Of a stretch of DNA of 64,000 bases, positions 61,716-64,000 are shown one piece after another. A program made the translations under genes and the position numbers. The stretch is from Takakia lepidozioides (taxonomy: Eukaryota; Plantae; Bryophyta), in contig CM060732.1 of assembly GCA_030704615.1 (NCBI GenBank), positions 37,510,001-37,574,000 of the forward strand, written 5' to 3'. Positions within the stretch are counted from its first letter, which is position 1. Every line of letters starts with the position of its first letter. A model generated the notes under the pieces. The model did no database searches. It was not told where the DNA came from and worked only from the letters and a program-made list of their open reading frames with translations.

Positions 61716-63433
61716 GTTCTGCTTATGTCATTTGGGCATCCAGCGGATGCAATAATTTTTTTTTCTCTCTCCTCTCCTTATCAACCAGAGCTGTTCACTG
61801 TGTACTTAGTGCCCTAACATGAATCATCGAATGCAAGCGTCCATTTTGGCTGAAGGGCGCCAGCAGAAATGCATGTAGCGTATCCATTAGTAGTAGACGC
61901 AGAGTGAGGGCCCATGAAATTGGACTAAATTCACGTTAGGTGGTCATGTTCAAACTGATGGCTTTGTGGAGATCAGCAACACAAAGATGTAGCACCCGTG
62001 GATTGGGTAGGTGACTGTAGCATGCCTTGATCAAAGTAACTGATCAGCTATGTGGATGTCGTCATGGTTAGCGACTCTTATTGTAGTCACAGTGTTTCAC
62101 AGAAGATAACAGTCCAGCAGTTAACCTAATTATTTCAAGTACATGGTAAAAGTGTGCTGTTGTCATTTCTTATGGTCAGGTATAATGGGGCGTGAGGGGA
62201 TGCTGGACAAAGCGTCAGAGCTGTTTGAGGAAATGCCCAACAACTATGTTGAGTGGAATGTGTACTCATTCACTGCTTTAATCAATGCATACGGGCGCAA
62301 CGGCCAGTACGAAGCTTCTCTTGATTTGCTCGCACGGATGAAGAGAGAGAGGGTCACCCCCAATCTCATTACATACAATACAGTGATAAATGCGTGTGCA
62401 AAAGGGGGTTTAGACTGGGAAGGTCTTTTAGGGCTGTTTGCGCAAATGCGACATGAAGGTATCCAGCCTGATATCATCACATACAACACACTCTTAAGTG
62501 CCTGCAGCAGGTATCTGCTCACATCTCTCTCTCTCTCACACACACATGCAAAAGAGTTGTGCTAGGGCAGTCGAAACCAAATGAGCACATATTCTTGCTC
62601 TCTCATTCGTCCCATAGGCTATGGCAAACAAAGGAGTACGTTCTCATGCATCCCAAAACCACCCACCTCACAATATTCCTTCCTTGACAGGGTGGTTCCT
62701 CTCTTTTGTCACCCTAGCTGCAGGCCCGGAGTACCATGAGCTGATGGCAGCTTGAGAGCATGGCCTGACATTGGAATTTTAGCAGCCCTAAGGGCTGGAA
62801 ACAATGATCTTGGGTTGCATTAGAATCGTCCTCAACATGACAGCTACACTACATGATTGGAGGAACCAATTCTTGGTGGTTGGTGTTTTAGTGTCTATGT
62901 GGCAACATACACATACACGTGTGAATGGAGTGTTCCATATTGAATAGGCCATGGTGTCTGCTTGCAGCCGGTGCCTGGTCGAAGAAGCTGGCATGGTGTT
63001 CCGAACAATGAATGAGGCAGGTGTAGTACCAGACTTGGTAACATACAACTCTGTAGTTGACACATATGGGCGGGCTGGGCAGTTTGGGGGTGCTGCCGAG
63101 CTTCTGCGAGAGATGGAGCGCGCTGGCAATGTGCCTGATGTTGTGGCTTACAATGTCTTGATTGAGGCGTACAGCAGGGCAGGCGAGTTCCGGGCAGGTG
63201 CAAAAGTGTTCAGGCAAATGCAGGAGGCTGGGTGTACTCCAAATGTTGTCACATTCAGTTCTCTTTTAGAGGCTTATGGAAAACATGGGTGCTATGATGA
63301 AGTGCGCACACTCTTCGCAGATATGAAGGACAGGGGCACAGAGCCCAACGTATTTACATACAATACACTTATCCAAGTGTTTGGGCAAGGAGGTTTCTTT
63401 CGAGAATCAATCAACCTCTTTCGTGATATGCTG
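60924..63433 (+). CDS. PTAC2: pTAC2/PAP2-like P-class PPR protein, 5' part; continues beyond the last exon seen
   Basis: Exons are 60924-61671, 62180-62510 and 62968-63433. KGKYSYDVE...PRGSIARC...RGDWQKSLRLFKYMQR..WCKPNEHVYTIMI and GGLDWEGLLGLFAQMRHEGIQPDI closely match pTAC2 as recalled. Tandem 35-aa PPR repeats follow a transit-peptide-like N-terminus. Confidence 0.92.
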
Positions 63434-64000
63434 GTAACAATAAGTCATGTTCATGGACACTAGTTTTATAGCAATATTCATTTTAGCATACCACTCCTAC
63501 CTCTTACCCTTCACATCCTTCTGTTGGTTACAATAGATTGCACCAAAATCATCTTCTTGCTTGGACTTTCAAAAGCAATCACACAGCGAGTTCCAGGGCT
63601 CATGTGTTAGAGGGGTTTCGGTGCAAAAGTGGTTGGCACTGCAGTGCATGAGACTATGGCAATTGTGGTTTGAGAGTCTGTATATCCTATGCCCAAACTG
63701 GCTTCGCTACGGGTAGCCTCCTGTAGGTACTACGCCTTTGATGGTATGACAGCAATGTTCCTAGGGCATGATGGAGAGTATTCCCTCTTTCTGTACTTCG
63801 TGTGCGTGTGCGTGTGCGTGTGCGTCTGTCTGTCTCTCTCTACACACGCACACACATACGCAAGTAACCACCAGATAGCCTCAATAACACTTTATAATTC
63901 TTAAATGTGGCAAGTTGTCCATCAGTATGCTTCTGTGGTCCTGACCGGGCCCTGAAAGTACATGCAGGGTGGGTCTGTGGAGCCAGACATGTCAACCTAC

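Overview
This is land-plant nuclear DNA with spliceosomal introns and plastid-targeted proteins. It is probably from a seed-free lineage, but that is inference. Host genes are an intronless anthranilate synthase alpha gene with an in-frame TGA and lesions in catalytic motifs (11.9-13.8 kb), a ~22-exon SABRE/KIP (BLTP2) gene (15.3-38.3 kb), a convergent myristoylation-motif protein with PKS/BIG GRAIN-like motifs (minus strand, 43.7-41.1 kb), and the 5' part of pTAC2 (from 60.9 kb). Mobile DNA includes two oppositely oriented arrays of a non-autonomous Helitron with head-to-tail junctions, a PIF/Harbinger element with TTA TSD, a Tourist-like MITE whose empty-site paralogue is in the same window, and LINE, SINE and Copia remnants. 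There is also a possible TTAA piggyBac-type element. The most striking object is a complete 10.7-kb Mutator-like element (49915-60609) with a 9-bp TSD. It carries a decayed DDE/SWIM transposase, a convergent C2H2-finger/unknown-domain/Ulp1 cargo and an internal tandem array. Its TIRs have a central segment in direct rather than inverted orientation. All family assignments come from motif recognition by eye; no searches were run.
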